Origin: Promethearchaeota archaeon Loki_b31
Lineage (GTDB): Archaea > Asgardarchaeota > Lokiarchaeia > Sigyniarchaeales > SOKP01
Direction of reading: 5' to 3'
Assembly (NCBI GenBank): GCA_005222975.1
Contig: NJBI01000008.1
Location: 19,818-83,817, forward strand
Length of the DNA: 64,000 nt
In this document: piece after piece, positions 10,745 to 20,591 of the stretch
How positions within the stretch are numbered: position 1 is the stretch's first letter
Layout of the letters: each line of letters begins with the position of its first letter
Notes under the pieces: generated by a model
Databases searched by the model: none
Told to the model about the DNA's origin: nothing
The model's input: the letters and a program-made list of their open reading frames with translations, nothing else
Program-made: the position numbers and the translations under genes

Positions 10745-11371
10745 CTAATCTCGCGACTTCAATTTGTTTAATTCTTCTTCTAATTCTTTTACCTTTCCAT
10801 CGGGATCAACCGAAGGTAATGCTCCACCTACTTCAACTTGTATCTCCGCATCGATTTCGCCTAATATCTCCATAACTTGTTTATCAGTAACTGCTGTATC
10901 GAGAGTCATGTCGTCTATTCCATCAGATGTTATCTCTTCAACAACAGAAAAATCTTCCATGTCAATACCAATTGTGGTCATCAAGTCTGTAAGCTGAGGA
11001 ACCGATAACTGATTTTTTAATGCACCTAAGCTATTGGCAATACCTTGCATGATAACGGAAATATCTTTAACAGCGTTAGCCTGTTCCAACTTAAATACCA
11101 TTCCTTCTAAGTTAGTTCTGAAATGGTCAATCGCTCTAGCTTGTTTTTTAACTTGAAGATAATTTCGCGCGTGAAATTCTGAACCTTCCATATCACCCGC
11201 TTTTCGAAGTCTTACGGCTTTATCTCTCGCTTGTTTAGCCGTCATTTCCATTTTTCTAGTTTGTCTCGCCAATCTTTTGTTAAAAACCTTTAATTTGACG
11301 GTTGCTGAACGAACAGAATCGCTTTTTTGGCCACCTGAGAGCCATTTTGACATATCCTTGAGAAAACCCAT
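10745..11371 (-). CDS. ESCRT-III protein (Snf7 fold, Vps2/24/46-like)
   Basis: Basic N-terminal helical hairpin, acidic C-terminal half, C-terminal LPSVDP and ELEEELNKLK MIM-like motifs; divergent from vps4. Confidence 0.88.
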   Translation of the reverse strand: MGFLKDMSKWLSGGQKSDSVRSATVKLKVFNKRLARQTRKMEMTAKQARDKAVRLRKAGDMEGSEFHARNYLQVKKQARAIDHFRTNLEGMVFKLEQANAVKDISVIMQGIANSLGALKNQLSVPQLTDLMTTIGIDMEDFSVVEEITSDGIDDMTLDTAVTDKQVMEILGEIDAEIQVEVGGALPSVDPDGKVKELEEELNKLKSRD

Positions 11372-11598
11372 ATCTTATATCATCAATTTTTTCGTTATTA
11401 CTATATAATAATATTAAAAATTCAAGATTATATAATTTTTTGTTGTAGACCAATGTTTACAATACAATTTTAAAGAGAAAATTTGATATATTTGGATGTA
11501 TTAATAAATAAAATAAGTATCGAACTAGATTATCTATAAATATTAATAATTTTTTAAGATAAACAAGATAAATAAATAATTTAAAAAGGTAATTATCA

Positions 11599-12816
11599 TT
11601 GAGTAGTGTCGATAGTAAACTTTATCAATACGCTGTTCAAGAAGCACAAGCTGCGGTTGCGTTAGACGAAAAGGGACATTATAGACAAGCGCTAAATAAA
11701 TATCAAAGAGCCGCAGAAATTCTAATTCAATTCGTACAATATAATAAAAACCCAATAATGGTTAGAAAATGTCACGACCAAATTGAACAGTATATTAATC
11801 GTGCTAACGTACTAAAAGCACATTTAAGTGGCCCTCGTGCTAGAAAAGGAAGGCCCTCTATGGGTACAAGTGAAGCCAAAGATAGCGAGGGAAAGGGAGA
11901 GGAAGGACAATATTCTGCTGAAGAACAAGAAATTATAGATTCGATTTCAGGTACAATATTAACAGAATCTCCTAATGTAAGGTGGAACGATATTGCGGGC
12001 TTAAAGTCGTCTAAACAAGCTTTAAGAGAAGCAATAGTCTTGCCAATTATGAAACCCAAACTTTTTACGGGAGCAAGAAAACCATGGTCAGGCATTTTAT
12101 TGTTTGGCCCACCTGGATGTGGAAAAACCCTTTTAGCGAGAGCTGCTGCTACGGAATGTGCAGCAACATTTTTTAGCGTCTCGTCCGCAGATTTATTAAG
12201 CAAATGGTTAGGCGAAAGTGAGAAATTAATTAGCTCGCTTTTTAAAGTTGCTCGAATTAAAGCTCCAAGTTTAATTTTTATGGATGAAATTGACTCGGTG
12301 GCAACTAAGAGAGGCGAAGGGCACGAAGGTGGAGGCGAAAGACGGGTAAAAACGCAATTGTTAAGCGAAATTCAAGGCATTAAATCGGGTTCTAAAAAAC
12401 CGTTATTAGTTTTAGGCGCTACTAATCGACCTTGGGACATTGACGCTGCTATGCTTAGTAGATTTGAAAAGAAAGTGTATGTACCGCTTCCAGATCTAAC
12501 AGCCAGAATTGGAATCTTTAAAATTCATACCGCAGGTATTAATATGGCGTTAACTGAAGAAGATTTTATCGAATTAGGAGTTAGATCTGAAAGATATTCT
12601 GGAAGAGATATTTCTAACGTGTGCCGCGAAGTTATTATGCTTCCAATTAGAGAATTAGATATGAGTGGACTTTTAGAAAACTCCGATCAAGAAATAATTG
12701 TAAGGGATATTAATTTAAAAGATTTTACTAAAACATTAAAAAAAGTTAAGCCAATGACAACTAACGCTGCTCTAAAGCGATACGAACAATGGGCAAAAGA
12801 TTTTGGAGAATATTAA
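11599..12816 (+). CDS. vps4: Vps4 AAA+ ATPase with N-terminal MIT domain
   Basis: MIT helices (AVALDEKGHYRQALNKY), GPPGCGKT Walker A, SKWLGESEK pore loop, FMDEID Walker B, ATNRPWDID, C-terminal YEQWAKDFG. Confidence 0.95.
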   Translation: MSSVDSKLYQYAVQEAQAAVALDEKGHYRQALNKYQRAAEILIQFVQYNKNPIMVRKCHDQIEQYINRANVLKAHLSGPRARKGRPSMGTSEAKDSEGKGEEGQYSAEEQEIIDSISGTILTESPNVRWNDIAGLKSSKQALREAIVLPIMKPKLFTGARKPWSGILLFGPPGCGKTLLARAAATECAATFFSVSSADLLSKWLGESEKLISSLFKVARIKAPSLIFMDEIDSVATKRGEGHEGGGERRVKTQLLSEIQGIKSGSKKPLLVLGATNRPWDIDAAMLSRFEKKVYVPLPDLTARIGIFKIHTAGINMALTEEDFIELGVRSERYSGRDISNVCREVIMLPIRELDMSGLLENSDQEIIVRDINLKDFTKTLKKVKPMTTNAALKRYEQWAKDFGEY

Positions 12817-12828
12817 TAAAAATTTAAG

Positions 12829-13740
12829 TTGGAAAATATGGAGAGGCAAAAAGTAAAACCGAAAGAAGTTCCTAAAGAAGTTAAAGAAAAAGCAGATAAG
12901 GAACTTGAAGACTTAAGGAAAGAATTGGCTCGGTTAAAAGAACTAAGAAGCCAAAAAACGATAGAAAAACACGAATCGATACAAGAAGTGGGTACAGAAG
13001 AAATTGTTGAGGAAGAAACAATCGAAAAATTACCAAACGAAGAAATAGAGGCACGTTTAGATAAAATTGAAGACTTTCTCACCTCAAAGCTAGGAGAAAT
13101 CGACCAAGAAACGTATAAACAGAATGCCGTTCAAATCGAGAAAGAGCTTCAAGAGATTGAGTTAGAAATAATAAGAGAGAAGGGTGTTGTTGCCAGAGAA
13201 ATATCAACTTACGAGTTGTTATTGAACGATTACCCTTGGCTCGAAGAAAAAAGATATGTTTTCATGTTTTCTCTTCCTAATAAAAAAATAGACCTTAAGG
13301 ATTACGAATCCTGGAAAAATGAGTGGTCCAAAGTTATTTTTGACTACGCTCGGTACGCTATTCTTCATATATTATATCTAAGAAAGTTAGAATCCGAGAA
13401 ACCCTTTTCTAAATTTGATAATCGCAACTCAGCTTTAAAGGAAATCGCTGAAGAACTAGTAAATAAAGAACAAGCTGAATGGTTATCAAAAAGTAAAGAG
13501 AAATTAAGAGTTTATTGGAAAAGTTTGGATAATTGGGCCGAAGAAATCTACGATTGGGCAATGGAAATTTCACCATTAGAACCAATATTAATATTTGAAA
13601 TAAGAGAATCTAACAAAGAATTTAACACGCTTCCCCACAACGACATTCTAAAAATATTTAAAATATTGGAAAAGGATAAGAGAGGGAAGATTATAAAACT
13701 AGATGACGGTCAGCTTTCTTTTAAAATTAAAATAGAATAA
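12829..13740 (+). CDS. vps25: ESCRT-II Vps25-like protein with long acidic coiled-coil N-terminal extension
   Basis: C-terminal tandem winged-helix-like region (MFSLP...WKNEWSKVIFDY...VYWKSLDNWAEEIYDW) resembles Vps25; located in the ESCRT cluster. Confidence 0.8.
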   Translation: MENMERQKVKPKEVPKEVKEKADKELEDLRKELARLKELRSQKTIEKHESIQEVGTEEIVEEETIEKLPNEEIEARLDKIEDFLTSKLGEIDQETYKQNAVQIEKELQEIELEIIREKGVVAREISTYELLLNDYPWLEEKRYVFMFSLPNKKIDLKDYESWKNEWSKVIFDYARYAILHILYLRKLESEKPFSKFDNRNSALKEIAEELVNKEQAEWLSKSKEKLRVYWKSLDNWAEEIYDWAMEISPLEPILIFEIRESNKEFNTLPHNDILKIFKILEKDKRGKIIKLDDGQLSFKIKIE

Positions 13741-13745
13741 AACGC

Positions 13746-14462
13746 TTATATTGAAGGGAAATACCACTGCTTTCCTTTTAAAAGAGATTCCCTAAATTTA
13801 GCAACTCCACTATCTTCTAACGATTTTAAGGTTTGTAGTGCGCGATCCTGAGACCATGTTAGAGCAACACAAACATCTTCAAGCGATATATAGCCTTTTT
13901 CTTTTGCTATACCTATAACTTTCACTTGATCGTTAGTATATTGTACTGGAAAGAACCTTACCATTACGGAACTGCCCCTTAATTCTTGTAGTTCCTCTAT
14001 GACACGATCTTTTTTCAGAATCTTTAATGCTTTGAGTAAATCTTTAATATCTAATACTTCTTTTAAAATACCTGTATTTACTAAGGCATAAACTTCAGAA
14101 ATGGGCATTAAACCAACTCCAATTTCTTCTTTTTGCATCAAAACTCTTTGGTAGGCAAGCATTCCTAACTTTTCGTGGTCGATTTTTGAAAACTTCTTCA
14201 AAACATCGTTTTCCGTGATTTGTTCCGTTATGATTTTTGAAGATGGTATGTTGTACTTTTTTTGTAAATCTCTAACTTGATCCTTCAATTCAGGAGTTAA
14301 AGCTAATATAACACCGTGTTTTTTTGCCAGTTCCCGAAGTCTTTCTTTTGTAAAGTTTTCTGTAGAAGCTTTCGCTTGAATGTCTTTTATTTTTAATTCT
14401 GCTGCCTTCCTTTTCATAGCTTCTCTTAAATCAATTTCATCTTCAATCTTTCGAATGCCCAT
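13746..14462 (-). CDS. vps22: ESCRT-II Vps22/Vps36 (EAP30)-like protein
   Basis: MGIRKI N-terminus, tandem winged-helix C-terminus (LTWSQDRALQTLKSLEDSG...WYFPSI); located in the ESCRT cluster. Confidence 0.8.
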   Translation of the reverse strand: MGIRKIEDEIDLREAMKRKAAELKIKDIQAKASTENFTKERLRELAKKHGVILALTPELKDQVRDLQKKYNIPSSKIITEQITENDVLKKFSKIDHEKLGMLAYQRVLMQKEEIGVGLMPISEVYALVNTGILKEVLDIKDLLKALKILKKDRVIEELQELRGSSVMVRFFPVQYTNDQVKVIGIAKEKGYISLEDVCVALTWSQDRALQTLKSLEDSGVAKFRESLLKGKQWYFPSI

Positions 14463-14541
14463 TTTTATTTTACACTATTTTTTAATACCTTTATTGATTA
14501 ATAATTATAAAACTACTTATTTCTTTTTATTTTATTCGAGA

Positions 14542-15120
14542 ATGAGAGATTTGAAAACATTTAGGTTTGTTAATAAAATTGAAACAACGATGATTTACGA
14601 CTCCCTTATAAAATTATCCCCCAATATATTTCTCTTTTTCGAGAAAAACGACTATAGATTATATATTTCCTTAAATGAGTTGGAAGCAGAAAGCAAGTTT
14701 CCCTCAATTTTTTTAATTTCAAAAGATCAACTTAAATTATTACGGACTTTAAAAAACAATAAAATTATCTCAGCAGGTTTATATTTTGGTTTTATTAAGA
14801 AAGGAAATTTCTATCTCAGTTTAGAAGGTGCAGAATTTCTGTATAATAATAATTTGTTTTCTGATCTTAAGAGAATTCATTTGAATGATAAGGGAGAAAA
14901 ATCCATTCTTTATGGAAATAGTGTTTTAAAAAATATGATTCACGCTATTCCCGGTTCGTTAAAGAAGAATGATATTTTATTGATTTTTAATAGAAATGAT
15001 GAAATTATAGCATTAGCCCAATCTAAATATAATTATCAAAATATTCAAAAACTCAAACCGAAAGAAATTATTGCTATTAATTTAAATGATAAAGGTTATT
15101 ATTTAAGAAGAAATCAATGA
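14542..15120 (+). CDS. NIP7-like ribosome biogenesis protein (PUA domain)
   Basis: AGLYFG...LSLEGA, ILYGNSVLK and C-terminal DKGYYLR motifs; start moved to the ATG at 14542. Confidence 0.8.
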   Translation: MRDLKTFRFVNKIETTMIYDSLIKLSPNIFLFFEKNDYRLYISLNELEAESKFPSIFLISKDQLKLLRTLKNNKIISAGLYFGFIKKGNFYLSLEGAEFLYNNNLFSDLKRIHLNDKGEKSILYGNSVLKNMIHAIPGSLKKNDILLIFNRNDEIIALAQSKYNYQNIQKLKPKEIIAINLNDKGYYLRRNQ

Positions 15121-15335
15121 TTAGATAACTTTTCTACTAGAAAAAGAAAGATAAAACGGAAAATTGAATCATTATATTATCCTCTTAAATTAAGTTAACA
15201 TTGAATTTCGCTTCAATATCTCTTCCGTTGTAAAAAGAATCACACACTAAAATTTACTTTTTTTGCATATATAAATCTATTAGGACTGAATTTCGAAAAA
15301 ATAAAACAATCACTCATTAAACCTTAAAATAGAAA

Positions 15336-15541
15336 AGGAGAAATCGACCAAGAAACGTATAAACAGAATGCCGTTCAAATCGAGAAAGAGCTTCAAGAGA
15401 TTGAGTTAGAAATAATAAGAGAGAAGGGTGTTGTTGCCAGAGAAATATCAACTTACGAGTTGTTATTGAACGATTACCCTTGGCTCGAAGAAAAAAGATA
15501 TGTTTTCATGTTTTCTCTTCCTAATAAAAAAATAGACCTTA
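15336..15541 (+). repeat. 206-bp direct copy of an internal vps25 segment (13092-13297)
   Basis: AGGAGAAATCGACC...AATAGACCTTA reads identically at both positions. Confidence 0.93.
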
Positions 15542-15564
15542 TTGATTAAAAATCATAAAACTGG

Positions 15565-16899
15565 TTAATTCAACTTATCCAAATCTGTATCTTCAATCAT
15601 ATATTGAACTTTTTCTTCAGAAATTCGCTTAGTTTCATCTAGTAAATCATTATAAAGAGTAAAAAACTCCGAAGAAAGTCCAAGAGGTGATTTTAGTAGT
15701 TCAATTTTTATTGCTTGATACTCTTTTTCATCCGTAAAGATATTGTTCAGTTTATTCTCTATCTCTAATGGTATTTTCGCAAATTTTCCCGCTAATAATA
15801 ATGGTTGTTTTTTACTTTTAATATTTTTATAAGGAAAATTAGAAAAATATTTTTCAATCAATTTAAATGCTCCCTCGTATTGGGCTATATCCTTAACCTG
15901 TTTTTTCAACTCTCGTTCGAATTTTTGCTCAAAATCTCGAGTAAATTGTACAACACACTCTCGTAGTAATTTAGAGTATTTAGATGCGACTAGTCCAACT
16001 GAAATTAATTCAGATTCATATAATGTAAGGATACCTTCTTCTAATTTAATGTCTAATAGCCCCCCCATATTTATAACTTCTTCACTCATAAGTTGCACAG
16101 CATTTAGAAATCCTGTAAAAATTGATTCACTTAAGTTAGATCTAGACCAATCGTGATCGAATAATGGATTTCCTTCTCGATCTCTTACAACAATCCTATT
16201 AACAGTAAATGGTAAAATATAAAGGAGTTTAGGCTCTCTTAATATTCCTAAACAAACAATTAAGTTTCCTAAACCTGTAGTAGCGTAAGCAAATAGAATA
16301 AAAATTGGATTCCAATAATAAAAAAGGTATATAATTAGAGTTAATGGTCCATTTATTACAGTACCAATAAAAAATATAAGAGCTTCTCTTTTTATCAAAA
16401 ATGGAGCATTCAACCAAGTTTTTAAACCCCAATAAAACGATGCACTACCAACAAAGAATATAAAAAATGAACCCACCGCTTCATACAATCCAATCCAATT
16501 CATATTTAAAAACCCTCCCGCAAATTCAAATCCGACAGCTCCAGGTTGAAATGCAAGAAAACAATATAAAACACCTAACCCAACTACTATAATTAAGAAA
16601 GGTGAATTAGATGTTTCTTTAATCGTATAATTAATCCCAATCGCAAAAAACACTGCACTAGGCAATAGCATAAGACCAGAAATCCGAGAAAGTAATGTGA
16701 TCAAAAAAAGATTTGCCAACAAGTCTAATGTAAAGAGCATGCCCATAAAAAAGAGACCTAATCTAATATAAGATAGAGATTTTATATTCTTAGTTCTAGG
16801 TGTAATGTACATTAATAGAGTAGCTAGTAGGGTAATTGCGCTTGTGAAAATTTCAACAATTACTTCAGGTGTCCAATTTAATACCATTTTCCCCTTCAC
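15565..16899 (-). CDS. Multi-TM membrane protein with C-terminal longin-like domain
   Basis: About 7 TM helices followed by RIVVRDREGNPLF...FTGFLNAVQLMSEEV...LLRECVVQFTRDFEQKF, a longin-type beta/alpha pattern. Confidence 0.65.
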   Translation of the reverse strand: MKGKMVLNWTPEVIVEIFTSAITLLATLLMYITPRTKNIKSLSYIRLGLFFMGMLFTLDLLANLFLITLLSRISGLMLLPSAVFFAIGINYTIKETSNSPFLIIVVGLGVLYCFLAFQPGAVGFEFAGGFLNMNWIGLYEAVGSFFIFFVGSASFYWGLKTWLNAPFLIKREALIFFIGTVINGPLTLIIYLFYYWNPIFILFAYATTGLGNLIVCLGILREPKLLYILPFTVNRIVVRDREGNPLFDHDWSRSNLSESIFTGFLNAVQLMSEEVINMGGLLDIKLEEGILTLYESELISVGLVASKYSKLLRECVVQFTRDFEQKFERELKKQVKDIAQYEGAFKLIEKYFSNFPYKNIKSKKQPLLLAGKFAKIPLEIENKLNNIFTDEKEYQAIKIELLKSPLGLSSEFFTLYNDLLDETKRISEEKVQYMIEDTDLDKLN

Positions 16900-16913
16900 A
16901 CGCTTAATTTAAA

Positions 16914-17630
16914 TTATTTTTTATATAAACTTATTTTGATATTATTTAATATATTAATAGCATCCTCTTGTTTATCTGGATTTAAATAGACTTCTTTACT
17001 TGGATCTTCTTTAAAGCAAATTAAATCGTAATCAATTAAATTATTTAGTCGATAATTGACTTTTTCTCGTTTTTCATCTATTGATTTAAAAACTTCTGAA
17101 TTTTTAATTGAATTTTGTGTTGTTAATAAGTCTAGAATTTTCCTATTTATCTTATCTCTTAATAAAAAATAAATTATTCCTAACTCAACTTCCATCTCAA
17201 TGGGAAGAAACACTGTGTAATTTCCTACTTTAATTTTCTTGATATAATTAAATTTTAATAACATCTCTAAGTGCCATACTAATTGCCCTGAACTCCCCGA
17301 TTCATCAGATAACGCCTTCTTTCTTAAAATAGAAAAGTGTGCGCCGGGGTTCACTCTAATGAAATTGTAAATCCCTCTTCTAGTAGGATTTGAAAGAACA
17401 GTTTCCCTTGAAAACTTTGAACCTTCAATTAAAATTTTTTTATTTATTAAAAATTGAATTATAAATAAGAGTCCGTTTCTAGGTAATTTCAAGCTTTTTT
17501 TTGCCACATTGTAGAGAGTCTCTATATTTAAGACTTTATTTTTACTCATAATAGCCTCAGCTATCTCTATAACTCTCTTCACATTAGGATGCTCTAATCC
17601 CATAGATTTAGATAAAATCTTGATTTCCAT
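16914..17630 (-). CDS. Winged-helix transcriptional regulator (tandem ArsR/MarR-like HTH)
   Basis: RRGIYNFIRVNPGAHFSIL...GQLVWHLEML and a second KVNYRLNNL HTH; start moved to the ATG at 17630. Confidence 0.8.
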   Translation of the reverse strand: MEIKILSKSMGLEHPNVKRVIEIAEAIMSKNKVLNIETLYNVAKKSLKLPRNGLLFIIQFLINKKILIEGSKFSRETVLSNPTRRGIYNFIRVNPGAHFSILRKKALSDESGSSGQLVWHLEMLLKFNYIKKIKVGNYTVFLPIEMEVELGIIYFLLRDKINRKILDLLTTQNSIKNSEVFKSIDEKREKVNYRLNNLIDYDLICFKEDPSKEVYLNPDKQEDAINILNNIKISLYKK

Positions 17631-18061
17631 AATAGAGATAACTAATTGTATTATATGATTGAAATATACACAGTATTCTTGAAATTCAAGGGCTTTCAGA
17701 ATTTCAAGTTTTATTGATTTCCTAAAGTTGGTAACTATTATACTTCTGTTAAGAAATCTATAAAGATTACTTCTTAATAAATATAGATATAATTGATCGT
17801 TGAAAACAAATAAAATGGAAATAGTTCTTAACTTTTTTGAAAGCCTAAAAAATTTATAGCTTCTTTTATTGATTGTTTTAATCCTCCTATTATTTTGTAG
17901 AACTAACACATTAATTTTTTCAAGAATATTAGACTTTTTCTTAAGGTACCTATTAAGAAGATTCAACATAACAATGAGGATTCCACTAAAAATGCAACTT
18001 ATAATTTACAAGTAATTTATTTTATCCTATAAATCTATATAGACCAAAATTCCCAAATTTA

Positions 18062-18967
18062 TTAATCTTCTTTTTTTATAAGACAAAAATAGAAGCCAAT
18101 AGTATTATGAAGATGAGGATACAAGCGTTGTGAAAACATTAAATCTTCTAATAAATTGACTCCAAAAACATTAGTTAATCCTTTCACGCCATAATTTTTG
18201 GAAATTTCAACGATTTTAAAATTATTAGATTTGTTCAATACTTCATCAACAACTAGCTCATTTTCTTCAGGGGCAATAGAACAAGTACAATATAAAAGCA
18301 TCCCTCCTGAATTTAATGCTTTCAACCCGGTAGTTAATAACCTCTTTTGAATTGAAGACATTTTTTCAATATCTTTCATTTTTTTACTTTTTTTCCTGCT
18401 TGGATCTTGTCTTATTAATCCTTCCCCCGTACATGGAGCATCTAATAGAATTTTATCTCCTTTAACATTCATATTTGATAAATTAATAGCATCCATATTA
18501 AGTACAATTGAATTAATAATTCCCATTCTTCTTAGGTTGACTTCTAAAGCGGGAATTCGATTTAAATTCTTTTCAATCAAAATAAGCGTTCCTTCATTTT
18601 CCATTAGTTGAGCTAAGTGTGTTGATTTACTTCCTGGAGCTGCACACATATCAATTACAATATCATTTGGTTTAGGATCGAGAATAATAGCTGAAAGCAT
18701 TGAAGCGATATTTTGCAAATAATAATAACCTTGTAGAAATTCATGAGAAGAGCCTAAATTAGAACTTACTTTAACAATCTTAAATCCATAAGGAACCCAT
18801 TCAATTGGTTTTAACTCATTTCCTTTCTTTTCTATTCGTTTTTTTAATTCTAATACAGATGTTTTAAGAGTATTAACACGTATTGAAGGTATTAATGGCC
18901 GCTCATTTGCCTCTAATAATTTTAATGTTTCATCTAATCCTAAGAATTGAATATATCTTTCAATCAT
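18062..18967 (-). CDS. NOL1/NOP2/Sun-family RNA m5C methyltransferase
   Basis: IRVNTLK, DMCAAPGSKS, LLDAPCTG, YCTCSIAPEENE motifs. Confidence 0.95.
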   Translation of the reverse strand: MIERYIQFLGLDETLKLLEANERPLIPSIRVNTLKTSVLELKKRIEKKGNELKPIEWVPYGFKIVKVSSNLGSSHEFLQGYYYLQNIASMLSAIILDPKPNDIVIDMCAAPGSKSTHLAQLMENEGTLILIEKNLNRIPALEVNLRRMGIINSIVLNMDAINLSNMNVKGDKILLDAPCTGEGLIRQDPSRKKSKKMKDIEKMSSIQKRLLTTGLKALNSGGMLLYCTCSIAPEENELVVDEVLNKSNNFKIVEISKNYGVKGLTNVFGVNLLEDLMFSQRLYPHLHNTIGFYFCLIKKED

Positions 18968-19112
18968 ATAAGGGAGATATCCAAATTCTTCCGCAAGTTT
19001 ATGAGCAGTTTTAACCTTCTGGGAAATTAAATATCAACTCTAAGTGAAACTATTATTACTTAATAAAAATTAATCTATTATATTTGTTATTAATATAGAA
19101 AAGAGTAGCATT

Positions 19113-19727
19113 ATGATTGAAGTCGAAATTAAAGTTAAAATTTCTGATCCTAATCAAATGAGGAAAAGATTTGAAGAGAACAAAGGGGTTTACAAAATTT
19201 CTTTACATCATGAAGATACATATTTTAATATGCCTAAAGGATTAAGGGATTTTAAACAAACTGACGAAGCACTAAGATTAAGAAAATCCATTGAATTTAA
19301 TAAGGATAATCCAGAAAAAACTCAGAAAATTAATTATTTTATAACTTATAAAGGGAAAAAGATTGACAAAACAACCAAAACACGAGAAGAATTCGAAATT
19401 AGAATAAGTGAAATTGAAGAAATGAAAAATCTTCTTAAAATATTAGGGTTTCAAGAAGTTTTCACTGTCGTTAAAGAAAGAGAATTATATGAATTTTTAT
19501 TTAAAGACGTGAGAATCGAAGCTTTAATCGATTATTTACCTATTTTAAAGCAACATTTCGTAGAAGTTGAATTAATGACCGAATCGTATGAAGATATAAA
19601 GAAAAGTAGAAAGATTCTTTTTCAATTTTTAGAGAAATTTGGAATTAAGAAGGAAAAATCAATTAGAAAGTCTTATTTGGAATTAATTGCAGGAAAATTA
19701 AAAAAAAAGGATTTAAAAGATAAGTAG
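19113..19727 (+). CDS. cyaB: CYTH-domain protein (class IV adenylate cyclase-like)
   Basis: EVEIK N-terminal motif, DTYF, ALRLR, TYKG, FVEVE, RKSYLEL. Confidence 0.88.
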   Translation: MIEVEIKVKISDPNQMRKRFEENKGVYKISLHHEDTYFNMPKGLRDFKQTDEALRLRKSIEFNKDNPEKTQKINYFITYKGKKIDKTTKTREEFEIRISEIEEMKNLLKILGFQEVFTVVKERELYEFLFKDVRIEALIDYLPILKQHFVEVELMTESYEDIKKSRKILFQFLEKFGIKKEKSIRKSYLELIAGKLKKKDLKDK

Positions 19728-19732
19728 GTATT

Positions 19733-19921
19733 CTACTTAATTATTAATTTATCGAGTTCTGCTATTTCTTTCTCTAATTTTATTCGATATAGCCTTAAAT
19801 CATAATTCTGATAGACTTTTTTTATTAAATCTTTCTGTATAGATTGCGATTTTTTCGATATTTCGTGAATGACACTCAAAAATTCATAATATCCAACATT
19901 ATCTTCTTTTAATTCATTCAT
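19733..19921 (-). CDS. Small hypothetical protein
   Basis: 62-aa ORF of plausible composition, convergent with cyaB. Confidence 0.45.
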   Translation of the reverse strand: MNELKEDNVGYYEFLSVIHEISKKSQSIQKDLIKKVYQNYDLRLYRIKLEKEIAELDKLIIK

Positions 19922-20278
19922 TATCTTTCAATTCTCCATTTTAAGTTATTTTTATTTTCTTACAATTACAAAATAGCAATATACAATTAAAAATAATATG
20001 GAGTCCAGTCTTTACGGGTTCAGAATTCTGAGTAATACTAAATAATGTGATTCTGTAACACTTTAAAATATTAAATGGGAAGACAATCCCATTTTTAAAG
20101 CGGTTTATATCTTCAAGTCTTCATCTATTCTTCTTTTCTTTCTGATCTTAAGTCGAACGAATGATATAGGATGCAATTCTGAAGATTTTAGAGTCCTATA
20201 AGCGATTAAATGAATTACTTTTGAAATTGTATGAACTTGTATGTAGATTAGGAGTATTTTTTCAAAAATGAAATAGTT

Positions 20279-20566
20279 TTACGCTGATTTTTTCTTTAAT
20301 TCGGTATATTCTCCATCTATTATTTGGGAGATGTATCTCCTTCCTTTAATTATCCACATAATTTTATGGCCCTCTCGAGCTTTTTTCCCCCATTCTGACT
20401 TTTTGTTGCGATTTTGTTCTATAAAGCGATACCCAAATAAATCAACATATTTAATTCCGTTTGAAAATTTTTTAATGGGGTATTCGATCTCTTCAATTTC
20501 AACATTTTTTTCTCCTTGAAATATGGCATTATAAATTTTTAACCCGTTTTTTTCTAAATCTTCCAT
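20279..20566 (-). CDS. Small hypothetical protein
   Basis: 95-aa ATG-started ORF directly downstream of the LRR gene. Confidence 0.65.
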   Translation of the reverse strand: MEDLEKNGLKIYNAIFQGEKNVEIEEIEYPIKKFSNGIKYVDLFGYRFIEQNRNKKSEWGKKAREGHKIMWIIKGRRYISQIIDGEYTELKKKSA

Positions 20567-20591
20567 GTTTTTTACTCCATATATTATTCTA

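Noticed and set aside
14380-14541. N-terminal extensions of ORFs 14380..15120, 16914..17969 and 20592..21857
   Set aside because: They overlap other genes or run through AT-rich intergenic DNA; downstream ATGs fit better.
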